A stretch of DNA of 64,000 nt, from the NCBI RefSeq assembly GCF_036321535.1, contig NC_087436.1, positions 122,576,001 to 122,640,000 on the forward strand. Direction: 5' to 3'. Shown here piece by piece: positions 35,421 to 46,190 of the stretch. The notes beneath the pieces are model-generated. The model worked only from the letters and a program-made list of their open reading frames with translations. It made no database searches and was not told where the DNA came from. The position numbers and the translations under genes were made by a program. Origin of the DNA: Camelus dromedarius. Its lineage: Eukaryota. Position 1 is the first letter of the stretch, and every line of letters starts with the position of its first letter.

Positions 35421-36099
35421 TTTGCAGAAGCCCTCTCTTCCGTCCGGGGCTGGGGTCTACCTGGAGATGCCGAGGGGCCGCCCCTCCCACCGTCCGTCTC
35501 AGCCCTTCTGGCCTCTGTTCTGGACTCTGACACCAGTGCAGCCTCCAGCCCCAGCCCACCCCTAGTGCCCCCTGTGCCCCCACCTCCAGTGCTGAGACCA
35601 GGGAGGAGCCCTTCAGCCTCGCTCTGAGCCAACTCACTCTCACGCTAGCATGTTTCCAGTGTTCACAGAGCTGCTTCTCTTGTGCATCAGCAACCAGGCC
35701 CATGTGGGAGACATCACGTCCCCAGCAGCCCTGGCCGTGGTGAGAAGTGGCCACGGAGGGTCAGTGAGGTTTCCAGATGCCCAGTGGTGCAGGCTGGCAG
35801 CCTGGGGGCGAGCAGCTTACATCAAGGGGCCTGGCAGAGTGGGAGGGGCCTGTGGGGCGGGAACACCGTCCACGGGCTCACAGCCTCAGGACCCACCAGG
35901 GCTGAAGTGGACCAGATGGAGGCCAGAGACCCTCCCTCTGCTCCCCCTGCCCTCACCAGGCAGGACCGCGGCTCCTGGCAGAAGCCCCCGCCACCGCCAG
36001 GCTCCTAAACGTCGGAAATTAATTCTTGTCCCCAGGCAGGCGCAGGTGACCCGCCGTGTCCTCGGCTTCCACGGGCTTCCTTGGAGCCGCCGACTCTGC

Positions 36100-36370
36100 G
36101 TCTTATCTCACAAGCAGCCTCATTTGTTACTTCTCGCTGAATACACCCACCCCCATTATTTCTGTAATTCTTGGCAGTAACAGCCCTTCCCCTAATGAAA
36201 CCTGCATTATTGGAAGGTGGCTGTGCTGACCCAGTGGAGATTAGCTGTGTACTCTCTTATTACTACATATGTAATTGTATAATTGATTTTAAAATTTACT
36301 TTTGTGTCCCCACATCATAAAGTAAGCAGCCCATTACAGAGAGAATGTAATGAATATATCTCTGACCATT
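36100..36370. promoter_or_regulatory. Candidate enhancer
   Basis: AT-rich unique block: TTATCT, CCATTA, CTAATG, GATTAG, GTAATTGTATAATTGAT, CATAAA, CCATTAC, GTAATG. Confidence 0.5.
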
Positions 36371-37139
36371 TCTACCCTGGGGAGGAGGGTGTAGGGGGAG
36401 GGGAGCCCACCTCATCCCCGTCCCGGGTTGGGGAGGGGTTCTGCATGGGCCTCCTCCCTCATCTGTGGGGTCCCTCCTGGGGCTGTCTTCCAGGCAGACC
36501 TGGGACTTGAAGGCGTCCAGCTGCCAGGTGGGGTCCGAGTCAAGTGGACCCAGGCACAGGGCAGGACCCAGGGCAGGGCACCCAGGTCACCTCCCAGCAC
36601 GCAGGGGCCTCCAGAGTGGGATGGGAACTACAATTCCCTCCCATGGGAACCAGAGGCCACACCCTCAGGCCCCAGACGGGAGCAGGGGCAGCTGCCCCCA
36701 GGCCCCAGCCGCCCTGCCTCCTGCTGAAGTCCCTTCTGGGGCCATCTCCCAGGAGGGGCACTCTGGCAGACCCGCCAGCCTGTGGACAGAACAGGGGAGT
36801 GAGGGGTCCATGCAGGAGGCCCAGCTGGACTGAGGATGCCCCCTACCCACGGCTCATCCCACCTTGGTCTCCTGGAGACACGGTCTCCGCCTTCGTGGCC
36901 TCGTCACAGGTTTACTGAGCCCTGGGCTCACCTGCTTGCCCTCTGTCCTGTGTAGACCCCAAGCTCTGTGGGGAAGGGCTGCTGTCCCCAGCCCGAGCCT
37001 GGTCCCTTCCAACCTTCAAGATGACCCCAGTCCAGGAGGTGCCTGAAGGCTGGACATCGGAAAGCACAGGGAGCCGGAGTGTCACATGGTGGGAGGGGAC
37101 TGGCTCGGCTCCAAGGCCCTCCTTTTGGTGCCCAACTCA

Positions 37140-37600
37140 TTCTTTTCTATTTAAATGGCTGTATTGAGACACAGCTTACATACCATTTAAAGTGTGCAAT
37201 TCAATGTTTGTTTCATATATTCAGATGTGCCACCATTATCGTAGTTAATTCTAGAACATTCTCAACCCCGTTTCTCCGCCTCAGCCAGGCCACCGCTCAT
37301 CCACTGTCTGTGCTATAGACACCTGTCTGTTCACCCAGTACCATGTTTGTGCTTTTGTGCTGGCCTGTGTCCCTCGGCACAACATCCTCGAGGCTCACCC
37401 GAGTTGCCCTGTGTGTCACAGTTCACCCTGATGCAGGCTGCGCACGATCAGCCTGTCCTGTGCATCTGAATTTCCACCTTTGATTGTCACGGCGGCTCCC
37501 CAACGTCTGCTGGTGCCAGGGCAGCACACAGCGCAGGCACGGACACACCCGCGCCTTCGTGACACATGTGATGCCTGTGTGGATGTGAGCACACAGGCAG
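37140..37600 (-). mobile_element. Old L1M 3' end (antisense)
   Basis: gctgtattgagacacagcttacataccatttaaagtgtgcaattcaatg...aattctagaacatt is the reverse of an L1MB/ME 3' terminus. Confidence 0.8.
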
Positions 37601-38849
37601 AGCCCAGGCCAGGCCCGAGCTGGAGCTGGGGGCCGAGATAACACTGAACTGACCCCTGCCCTCGGGCTGGGACTGCAGGGGTCCAGCAGAGGCGTCTCGC
37701 CCTTGGGCTCTTAGGGACACTTTCCAGCCGACAACCTGAAGGGAAGGGGTGCTGGGCCCTGCCCGGGAGGGCTGGCCTTGCTGCACTCAGGCCCAGGGCA
37801 GTCAGGCAGGGCTGGACGGCCAGTGGGGTGGCCTGGACGAGGCAGAAGCATGGCCTGCTCTGCATCCCTGGGGCAGCCTCTGTGCAGACAATGAACCTGG
37901 AAAAGGCACCACTTCACCTGCGTGAAGGTCTGCCTGGCTGGTGCCTCCTGGGGCGCCCACCCCTCTGCCCCCAGAACGTTTGCCTGAGGCAGGTGGGCAA
38001 CCTGGTCGACCTCAGACAAAGCGTTTGGGTCCCCTTCATGGGAACAAGGCCCTGAGATAAGGATCTCTGGGACCAGCCCTAACGGCCAGCCCAGCCGGCT
38101 GGGGCTTCGGGGCTCATTCTTACTGAGCAGGCTTGTCCTACAAGAGGAGCGAGGGAGGGGTCTGTGAGCAGCCCCTGTGGAAAGGACAGGGTGTGAAAAT
38201 ACACGTCATTACAGCCACTTGCACTAAAGGGAAAACTCAGTGACCCAGTGAGAGGCAGTGGTGTCCCTGGCGACCTGGGCTGGAGCCCTGGTTGGGGTGG
38301 CAGGGTCAGGACCCTCATCACCCACCAGGGATGTCACTCCTGGGGCCACCAAGGTGCCCAGGACAGCTCTCTAAACGGCTGGAGAACCCTGACACCTGCT
38401 TGGTGCCCCCACAGCTGTGCCGGCCTCTGCTTGGGCCCGACTCCTCGATGGACGGGGAAAGGCCACCCCTGCCCTGCATCTGCTCCAAGGTCATCGCCAC
38501 CATCTGAGATCGCGTGGCACTGCACACAAGGGGCCATGCTGCCCCCAGAAGGAAAATACTGGCTCTCTCCCCTGCCCAGCTGCTGCCCAGTGTCCCCCAG
38601 TGCAGTGCTGGTGGCCTGGGGCCCACGGCTGGGGCAGGGGGGGTCAGTGCAGGCAGCAGAAACAGTGGCTCTTAAGCTCACACACCTTGGACCCCACCCA
38701 GTCTCCCTATCCCAGGGGCTTGGGATGATCCAAGGTCACCTGGGTGGCCCAGCTCCCTCCCCAGGCACCTGGCCCCCAGGTTGGGAGGAGCCAGCCCACC
38801 CCTCCCCTTTACTGGGCAGGGCAAGCTGTCGCCGGCTCCAGGGAGGGGA

Positions 38850-39125
38850 TTCGTCAGATAACCCTGTAAATCACACATCAAAACACTGTTTTTTAAGGGA
38901 GGCCTCTGCAGAGAGTGTTTCCTCATCCTGGTTAAGACACATGTAACAAAATATATGTAAGAAAGTCGGCTACTTAATCACAGAGATGAAGAGCCACCGT
39001 GAGAGATTGTTCTGCGTAAAAAATGTGGTGGTGACTTGCAAATATGTTTTTAGAAGCAATTTTATTACAAACGGTCCCATCAGGCCACGCCTGGGAAATT
39101 ATGGGATGCCACGCTCATTCCTCAG
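38850..39125. promoter_or_regulatory. Candidate enhancer
   Basis: AGATAA (38856), GTAAATCA (TGATTTAC on the minus strand, 38866), ACATCAAA, TTAATC, CGTAAAA, TTTTATTAC. Confidence 0.45.
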
Positions 39126-39629
39126 CCTGGCTGCCGCGGGCGGGGGCTGCGGGAGGATTTGTCCCATGGGGCCCGAGGGGCTCCACCGGTCCTTCCTGGC
39201 GGGGGCCAGATGCAGCCCCTGAGTCACCACCAGGGGTCCCCGTGCTGCCCAGTGGGGCCCTGAGGGCACAAAGTGGCCCCCCAGCAGGCACAGCTGGTGC
39301 TGGCTGTCCAGGGGCCTGGGCCAGAATGTCCCCCTGCAAGCTGGCCCTGGGGACTCTGGAGGTTTCTCCCTCCCTCCAGCGGGCATGTGGGACCTCCAGG
39401 TGGGACACTATGATTCTGGCTTAATGCAGAACAAAAGAGAAGGGAGCGTAACCTGCAACTCACAGCACATTTCTGAAGGACTAAGGCCCGGGTGGAGAGA
39501 GGCAAACAAGACCCTGGGTGCCTGCTCTTCTCTGTGGGGAGGGCTCGGGACCTGGGTCCACACAGACTGTCTGGCCTTCTGGGCGGAGAGGCCCGAAGCC
39601 AGAAGATGCTCTCTGGCCCCTTCTTCATG

Positions 39630-40122
39630 GTCTCAGCCACCACTGTGAGATGGCCCTGACTCCCCTCCTAGGGTTCACGCCCTTGGGAGCCCCTCTTGGG
39701 TCCAGACCTGGTAACATGGCAGAGGTTAGGATGTCACTTCTGAAGTTAGGTTGTAAAAAGACTGTGACTCCTGTCTTGGCTATCCACGCACTCTCTCTCC
39801 CTCCCTATTCCTCACCCCCCGACCTCCCCCCTCCCCACCTACTCTGGGGGAAGCTGGCTGCCAGGTGGTATCCACACTGGCAGCCTATGAAGAAACCCAA
39901 ACTGGGGGATGACAGTCAATGAGGATACGTCAAAAGCCCAGGAGCAATCTTAGAAACAAATCCACTGCCAGTCAAGCTTTGAGATGCCTACAGTCCTTGC
40001 TGATAATTTGACTGCAGCCTCATAAGAGACCCTCAGCTAGAATCACCCAACTAAGCCACTCTCAGGTTTCTGACTCTCAGAAACTCTGTAAGACAATAAA
40101 TGTTTGTTGTTCACAGCCACTA
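39630..40122 (+). mobile_element. MLT1 (ERVL-MaLR) solo LTR, MLT1E/F-like
   Basis: gatgtcacttctgaagttaggttgtaaaaagactgtgac...gactgcagcctcataagagaccctcagctagaatcacccaactaagccactc...AATAAAtgtttgttgtt..agccacta. Confidence 0.9.
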
Positions 40123-40763
40123 CCACCACTACAACCATCACCACCACCATCATCACCACCGCCACCATCACTACCATCATCACCATCACCACCACCATCG
40201 CCACCGCCACCGTCATCATCACCATCAGCACCACCATCACCACCACCACCATCACTACCATCATCATCACCATCACCACCGCCACCGCCACCATCACCGC
40301 CATCATCACCATCCCCGCCACCACCATCAACATCATTACCACCATCACCATCACTACTACCACCATCATCACCACCATCACTATCACATCACCACCATCA
40401 CTATCACATCACCACCACCATCACCACCATCACCACCACTATCACCACTGCCACCATCACCACCATCACCGCCATTATCACCATCCCCGCCATCACCATC
40501 AACATCATTACCACCATCACCATCACTACTACCACCATCATCACCACCATCACTATCACATCACCACCACCATCACCACCATCACCACCACTATCACCAC
40601 TGCCACCATCACCACCATCACCACCATCATCACCACCATCACCACCATCATCATCACCACCATCACCACCATCACCACTACCATCATCACCATCACCACC
40701 ACCATCATCACCACCATCATCATCACCAACATCATTACCACAACCACCACCTCACATCACCAT
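40117..40763. repeat. ~650-bp compound (CAC/CAT)n trinucleotide array
   Basis: Read directly; contains phase shifts (ctatcacatc) and an internal higher-order duplication. Confidence 0.97.
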
Positions 40764-40774
40764 TGTTTCTTTTT

Positions 40775-40925
40775 GGTCCAGAGCATTTTTCACATCTGCT
40801 CTCTGAATCAGAAGAGCCCCACCAGGTGAGGATACTGGAACTCAGAGCAGTAGAACAACTTGCTCAGGGCCACCTCACTGACAGACGGCAAAGACTAGGC
40901 TGGAGGCCACATCTATCTAACACCA
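40775..40925 (-). mobile_element. MIR fragment (antisense)
   Basis: caggtgaggatactggaactcagagcagtagaacaacttgctcagggccac resembles cagatgaggaaactgaggctcagagaggttaagtaacttgcccaaggtcac. Confidence 0.7.
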
Positions 40926-41949
40926 GCTGCAAGCTGAATCTGTCTTGAGACTCAGGACAGCTGTTCCACTGGCCTATCTTCCCTGGAGAGCTTTTTGACT
41001 CAAGGGTTAAGGGGTTGACCATGTGACTAGGTGCAGCAGAGAGGTGGGAAAGTGGGGTTGGCCAGGAGAGGGCGTCTTCCCCAGCCCAGCCCTGAGCCCT
41101 CAAGCACTGCTTCCCAGAGACCCGGCTCAAGCAGCCCCGACTCCTCACCCTCCAGGCACTGGTTTCCTCTAGGGAGGCCTGGGAGCCAGGGCCCTGAGTC
41201 AGCAGCAGCACCATGGCCACCTGTGGCGTGGGAACCAGACACCTTCACAGCGTCCCAGCTTTAACACGATGTTTGGTGCCCAGTGATGATGGAGGAGAGG
41301 CTGGGGGTGGGGTTAGAGGCAGGACTTGGAAGAAATGGGACCATCCAGGCCTGGATCTCTATTCATGTGGTGTGTCCACCACACTCGGTGAGTCAACCCC
41401 ATCAGAAGGGCTTCACCATGCTCAGTGGGAAGCCTTGCGCCCAGCTCCCTGCTCCCCTCAGGACCAGGTCCGCACAGGGCAGTCAGGGTCCTCCCCAGCC
41501 ACATGCCTGCACCAGCACAGGGAGCATGGTCTGCTCTGAGCCCTGGCTCCCGAGGGGTGGCCTCATGCCATCAGCGATGAGAGTGGGGTCATTTAGACTG
41601 GAGCATTGTTTCCTTCCTAGGGGCTGAACCTGGGAGAGGCCGCCAGTGAGGGCCAGACCTTAGGGCAAACCCCAGGCTCCCTCCGACCGAGCATATTCCT
41701 GGGCTGTGGGCACAGCTGGGTCTGGGGCCGACACGCTGCCCGGCTGGATTTAAGCCACACAGAGACCTCCCAGATGGTGCTGAGGTCCCCATCACGGCCC
41801 CCATGTCACTGAGCTCCAGCCCCTGTCCAGGCTCTGGTGGCCCCAGGCACTGTGGCTGCGGAGGTCTGGCTCCTCCCTTAGATCCCCCACTCTCTCCCAG
41901 GAACCATCTGGAATCACGGCATTTCCTGCAGGCCTGACGTCACCTGTGG

Positions 41950-42305
41950 AAGTGACTCACATGGGTCCCCTTGAACCGGGGCCATTAATTGATGGCACTT
42001 AATTAATCTGCCCGGGAGAGAGACCAAACGAAGGCTGTGTCCCCCATGACCACTCGGATTGACGTCCTTATTCAGGTTGACTGTGGCCAGAGGGGCACCC
42101 AGAGTCACCCTGCGCTCCGGCCTCAGGCCGCGGACCCAGCAGCCGGCTGGCCCCACTCAGGATTCCACACGTGTGGTCGCCTCAAGGCCGATAAGACGGC
42201 CCATTAGAGGAGCTGCTTGCTTGCAATTAATGGCTTTATTTAGGGCATCTTTCCCCTTCAAAGAGCAATTAGATTTCTGCAGCCTTTGGAAAAAGCAAAT
42301 GAACT
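41950..42305. promoter_or_regulatory. Candidate enhancer (two homeodomain-motif clusters)
   Basis: TGACTCA, GCCATTAATTGATGGC and TTAATTAATC; then GATAAG, CCATTAG, CAATTAATGG, TTTATTTAG, CAATTAG. Confidence 0.45.
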
Positions 42306-42869
42306 GGAGCAGGACACCCTGTGAATCAGGCCGGGGGTGGGCAGGGGTGGGGTCTGTGCCCTGCAGAGGAGACCCCCGCCCTCTCTTGCTGCCTGTCAAG
42401 GTGAAGGTCACCAGACTCCGGTCCAGGAGTGACACTCCAACAGGCCCTGGGGCGGTCAGTGCCCTTTGCCTCACGGTCCAGGTTTGGAGCAGCAGAGCTC
42501 TGAAAACTGCCACACACCCCATCTCCCCCTGCCTCTCGCTGCCCTCCCCCACCCAACCCTCCCCCACACAACGCCCTGCCCCCTTCCCCTCCACCGTTCC
42601 CCCAACTTTCAGTGCTCTGTGCTCCAAGGCACCCTCCCCAACTCACCCCACTAATAAACAACCCACAAAAGTCACTTGAGCCTCCCCCAGCACAGGGAGC
42701 TGGAGGGGTACCCCCATGAGAGCCTGTCTGCTGGCTCTGGGCCAGACACAACCACCTCCAGGCCCGTGGCCCCCAGGCCGCCTCCCAGCCCACAGCCTTG
42801 AGGCCTGGACGTCCCAGGGCCACCCAGGTGCCCAGTGAAAGAGGACAGACCTTTTCAGGTACAGCAGGT

Positions 42870-43102
42870 TGTATCTCTGTGAGTGTCAGAAACCAAGCCA
42901 GAGAGACAGAGCTGGTTAGTGGGTCCAGGCTGCAGGGCGGGTGACCACTAATGGGTTTCCTTTTAGGACAATGAAAATGTCTGGAACTGGGTGGTGGTGA
43001 CAGTTGTATGACCTTGGGCGTATACTACAAAGTCACAGAGCTGCACACTTTAAAACGGAGAGTTTTACGTTACATGAATTATATCTCAATTTTTAAAAAC
43101 AG
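42870..43102 (+). mobile_element. L1MB7/8-like 3' end
   Basis: ctaatgggtttccttttaggacaatgaaaatgtctggaact...ggtgacagttgtatgacc...catgaattatatctcaatttttaaaaa. Confidence 0.85.
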
Positions 43103-43104
43103 GG

Positions 43105-43560
43105 GAAAAAGATCTCTTACAACTTAATACTAAGAAGACAAACAACCCAATTAAAAACGGGCAGGGGATTTGAGTGGACTTTTAAAATTTTACCAGAGAA
43201 GATCCATGGGTGCAAAAGACCCCTCTCTGGTCCTCAGGGACCTGCATATTGATGCCATGGCGAGAAGCGGCCACACGCGGCCTGGACGGGCTGGGAGGGC
43301 ACTGGCCAAACCCGCCCAGGGTCGGGAGGCCGTATGGGATGCCCACAGCTCCGGTGGGGTTTCCAGTGGCCTCACCAGCTCAGAAACCGCTCAGCTGTTT
43401 CTTAGAAAGTCAAATGTGCAGCCAGCAGACGGTCAGCCATGCCACTCTTTTACCCAGAAAAACGAAAGCGCACATCCCTGTGAAGATGGTGCCTGTGTGC
43501 TCACTGCAGCTCCAGGTGTAGGGGCTACCCTGCCCACTGATGATGCTGGCATCGCCGACT
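43105..43560 (+). mobile_element. Old L1 ORF2 C-terminal fragment
   Basis: tcttacaacttaatactaagaagacaaacaacccaattaaaaacgggca is the ORF2 LQLN.KKTNNPIK segment, decaying downstream. Confidence 0.75.
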
Positions 43561-44239
43561 CGGCTGTGCCCCGCGTCCCCCAGTGCACAGGGACAGAGGG
43601 GTGCCTGGGCCTGGGGGCCTCAGGGCAGCGGTGCCGAGGGGGGGAGCTGGAGGAACACGCCCCAGCGCATGAGGTCTAGAAAGAGAACGTTAGTCTACGT
43701 CGTCAGGAAAACCTTGGCAGTTGCCCAGGATGGGCTTAGAGGAGGGGTGGGGAGGAGGCGCGGGGTGTGTCCTGCACCCCGCGCGCAGCAACGCTTTCGC
43801 TGCGGCCGCACATCCACTCCCACCTTCGCCACGTGCGGGGAGCTGTGTCAGTCGCACCTGGAAGGTGTGAGCCCCTCCTGAGGCCGTCCTGCCCACCGCA
43901 TCCTCTGCCTGTGTCCCTGAGTGGGTCTGGCAGGTGGGCGTTGGTCTCAAACCTCTGGGGTCTGCGGCTGGATAGTCCCCCAGCCCCCTGCAAGGCCGTG
44001 AAACCCTCTTCCTGCCCCCGCATGGAACAGGGCCTCTCTCAGTCCTCAGAAGTGGGGGGCCCAGGCGCCAGGATAACAGTCTCCCTGCCCAGAGTGGGTG
44101 CCGTGAGCTCTGGGAAGGGGGACAGGCAGTGGTGGCGGCTAGAGAGGACAGCTAAGCAGGTGGCCTGGAGGCCATCAGGGCAGTACGGTCATGCCCCCAG
44201 ACCCCTGACACCTGTGCTCTGCCCACCTGTGCCCTCCTC

Positions 44240-44310
44240 TAGGGTGCCTTAGCGCCTCAGCTCTGCTACGCGCCTTCCCAGTTTTCCTGCCTGTAAAATG
44301 GGCCCCCAGC
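44240..44310 (+). mobile_element. MIR core fragment
   Basis: cccagttttcctgcctgtaaaatggg. Confidence 0.45.
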
Positions 44311-45194
44311 ACCGCCCTTCTCCGGACCAGTGGGAAACAAGGGAGCTGCCACTGGACAGTCGTGTCTTACTGGATTCCCAGGATCCCTGATTGTGCCCCT
44401 CAAGTGGGGTCAGGGGGAGACCCCGAGTCCCAGGTGCTCCCAGAGGGGTGGCCGAGGTCTTGGAGGGAGGCCCCTAAACAGAGCAACCCCCTCCCTCTCC
44501 CCCACCCCCATCTGCCCAGACCCCCACCCCCACCCCCGGCCAGGAAAATGGGCAGCAGGGGAGGAGACATTCTTTCCCCGAACTCCCCTCAGCCCAGGCA
44601 GCCACTCCATCCCCAGTCCTGGCTGCGTACATCCCTGCCCCTCTGTGGAGGGCCTGTCGGGTGGGCCTGTCTGTGTCTCTGCAAAGCTGAACTTTTCCAG
44701 CTGCCAACCCGCCACAGCCCAGGGAAACAGGATTGCCCTAGACAGAGAACAGAGACACCAAGTGTGAAAAATTGGACTGACAGTGCCGCACGGATAGCAT
44801 GTTGAGTGAGTGAGCCCGACTCGGAGGGAAATTTGCATTTATATAGTGCACTGCACCGGGGCCTGGCCAGGCCCACCACGCTGTGTGCTGCAGGACCCAG
44901 GCCTGCTGACTTCACCCATCCCGGCCAGGCCACGGAGACACAGCTGCACGCCTAGGGGGCCCAGGGCGGGCAGAGCCAGAGACACCAGCTCAGGGGGCAG
45001 GGGATGGGGTGGAGTGACCCCCACCAGGTCCCCCAGCTTCCCCTGGGAGCCCTCTGCCCTTCCAGCCAGCCCCCTGCCCTCCATCCACTCTCGGGTCAGC
45101 CTCATGCCGACCCCTGAGCCCGCTGCCTTTCTAGAGGGGCAGCCTCTTAGCACCTCCCCGACCCTGTGTGTGAAGCTCCAGCCCTGGCCAGCGT

Positions 45195-45355
45195 GGCACA
45201 GAGAAGAGGACACATGAGGACGCAGAGGACACGGAGGAGGCGCCGTCTGCACGCCCAGGAGAGAGGCCTGAGAAGAAGCGAACCCGCCTGATCGCGACTT
45301 CCAGCCTCCAGGACCACGAGAGGCTAAATCCTGGTGCTCGGTCTGTGCTGCCCAG
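45195..45355 (+). mobile_element. MLT1B-like LTR fragment
   Basis: gccgtctgcacgcccaggagagaggcctgagaagaagcgaaccc...gacttccagcctccaggac matches the MLT1A/B-type core. Confidence 0.8.
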
Positions 45356-45459
45356 TGAGGGTGGCAGGGTTAAATTCGAGGGAGAAGTGACCACTTTGGG
45401 TGCTGTGTCCTGGGGCTAAGACCCTTCTCCAGCGAGAACCAGACCCCCTCCCTGCCCCG

Positions 45460-46190
45460 CAGCAAGGGGCTGGCTCAGAGAACAAGCCTAACCAGCCACC
45501 AGCAAGGGAGCAGGCTGGCGGGAAGGATGCAGGTCCAGCGCTCACTGCTGAGGGAGGAACAGACGTGGGGAGAAGGCCTCCCAGGACAGAAGGACGGAGG
45601 GTCAAGACGGTTTCCCTTGATGTCACCCCAACAGACAACCCAAGGATGGCTTACAAGTGGACAAGCTGATGCGAAACTGCACAGCAAGGCCAGGCAGGCC
45701 CTGAGGAAGGATGTTGGTGTCCGGGGCACAAAACGTCATGGAGCTGCAGGGACGCAGCCCCCGGCGGTAGGGCCAGAAGCCGCTGGGCGAACTCACAGAG
45801 CAGGCCATGCGGGTGAGGTCCGATGACGCCAGCAGTGGCCTTTCAGGGTGGGAGGGTGCGGTGACCTCCAGCACCTCCCCACGCCCCAGATCAAAGCCAG
45901 TGCAGGTGAAACTCCCACGTTCTTGAAACAAAATCTCCGAGGAGAGGACGCTTTGTAAAGCAACCCAAATCACAGAGGTCGTGAAAGAAGATGAATACAG
46001 TTGACGACATGAAATCAAGCATTTCTAAATGGCAAAATCTGCCCCCTCAGAAAGGACAAATGGCGTACAAGGTGGGGGAGTATTTACAACACAACTGAGA
46101 GATGAAAAGCTAACATCCTTAGAAAGAAAAAGCTCCTAAAAGATAAGAAGTGAAGAACGGACAACGTCAGAGGAAACACCCTAAGGCCAC
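45460..46190 (+). mobile_element. Highly decayed L1 ORF2 fragment
   Basis: gacaagctgatgcgaaactgcac resembles gacaagctgattctaaaattcat; gttgacgacatgaaatcaagcatttct...gagtatttacaaca...aagctcctaaa are colinear with ORF2. Confidence 0.6.

Noticed and set aside
40043..40948. Poly-His/Pro, poly-Thr/Ile and poly-Val/Met ORFs
   Set aside because: Translations of a trinucleotide microsatellite, with phase shifts, flanked by an LTR and a MIR.
3501..42237. Shared 11-mer TTAATGGCTTT at 3501 and 42227
   Set aside because: Hundreds of 11-mer matches are expected by chance within 64 kb.
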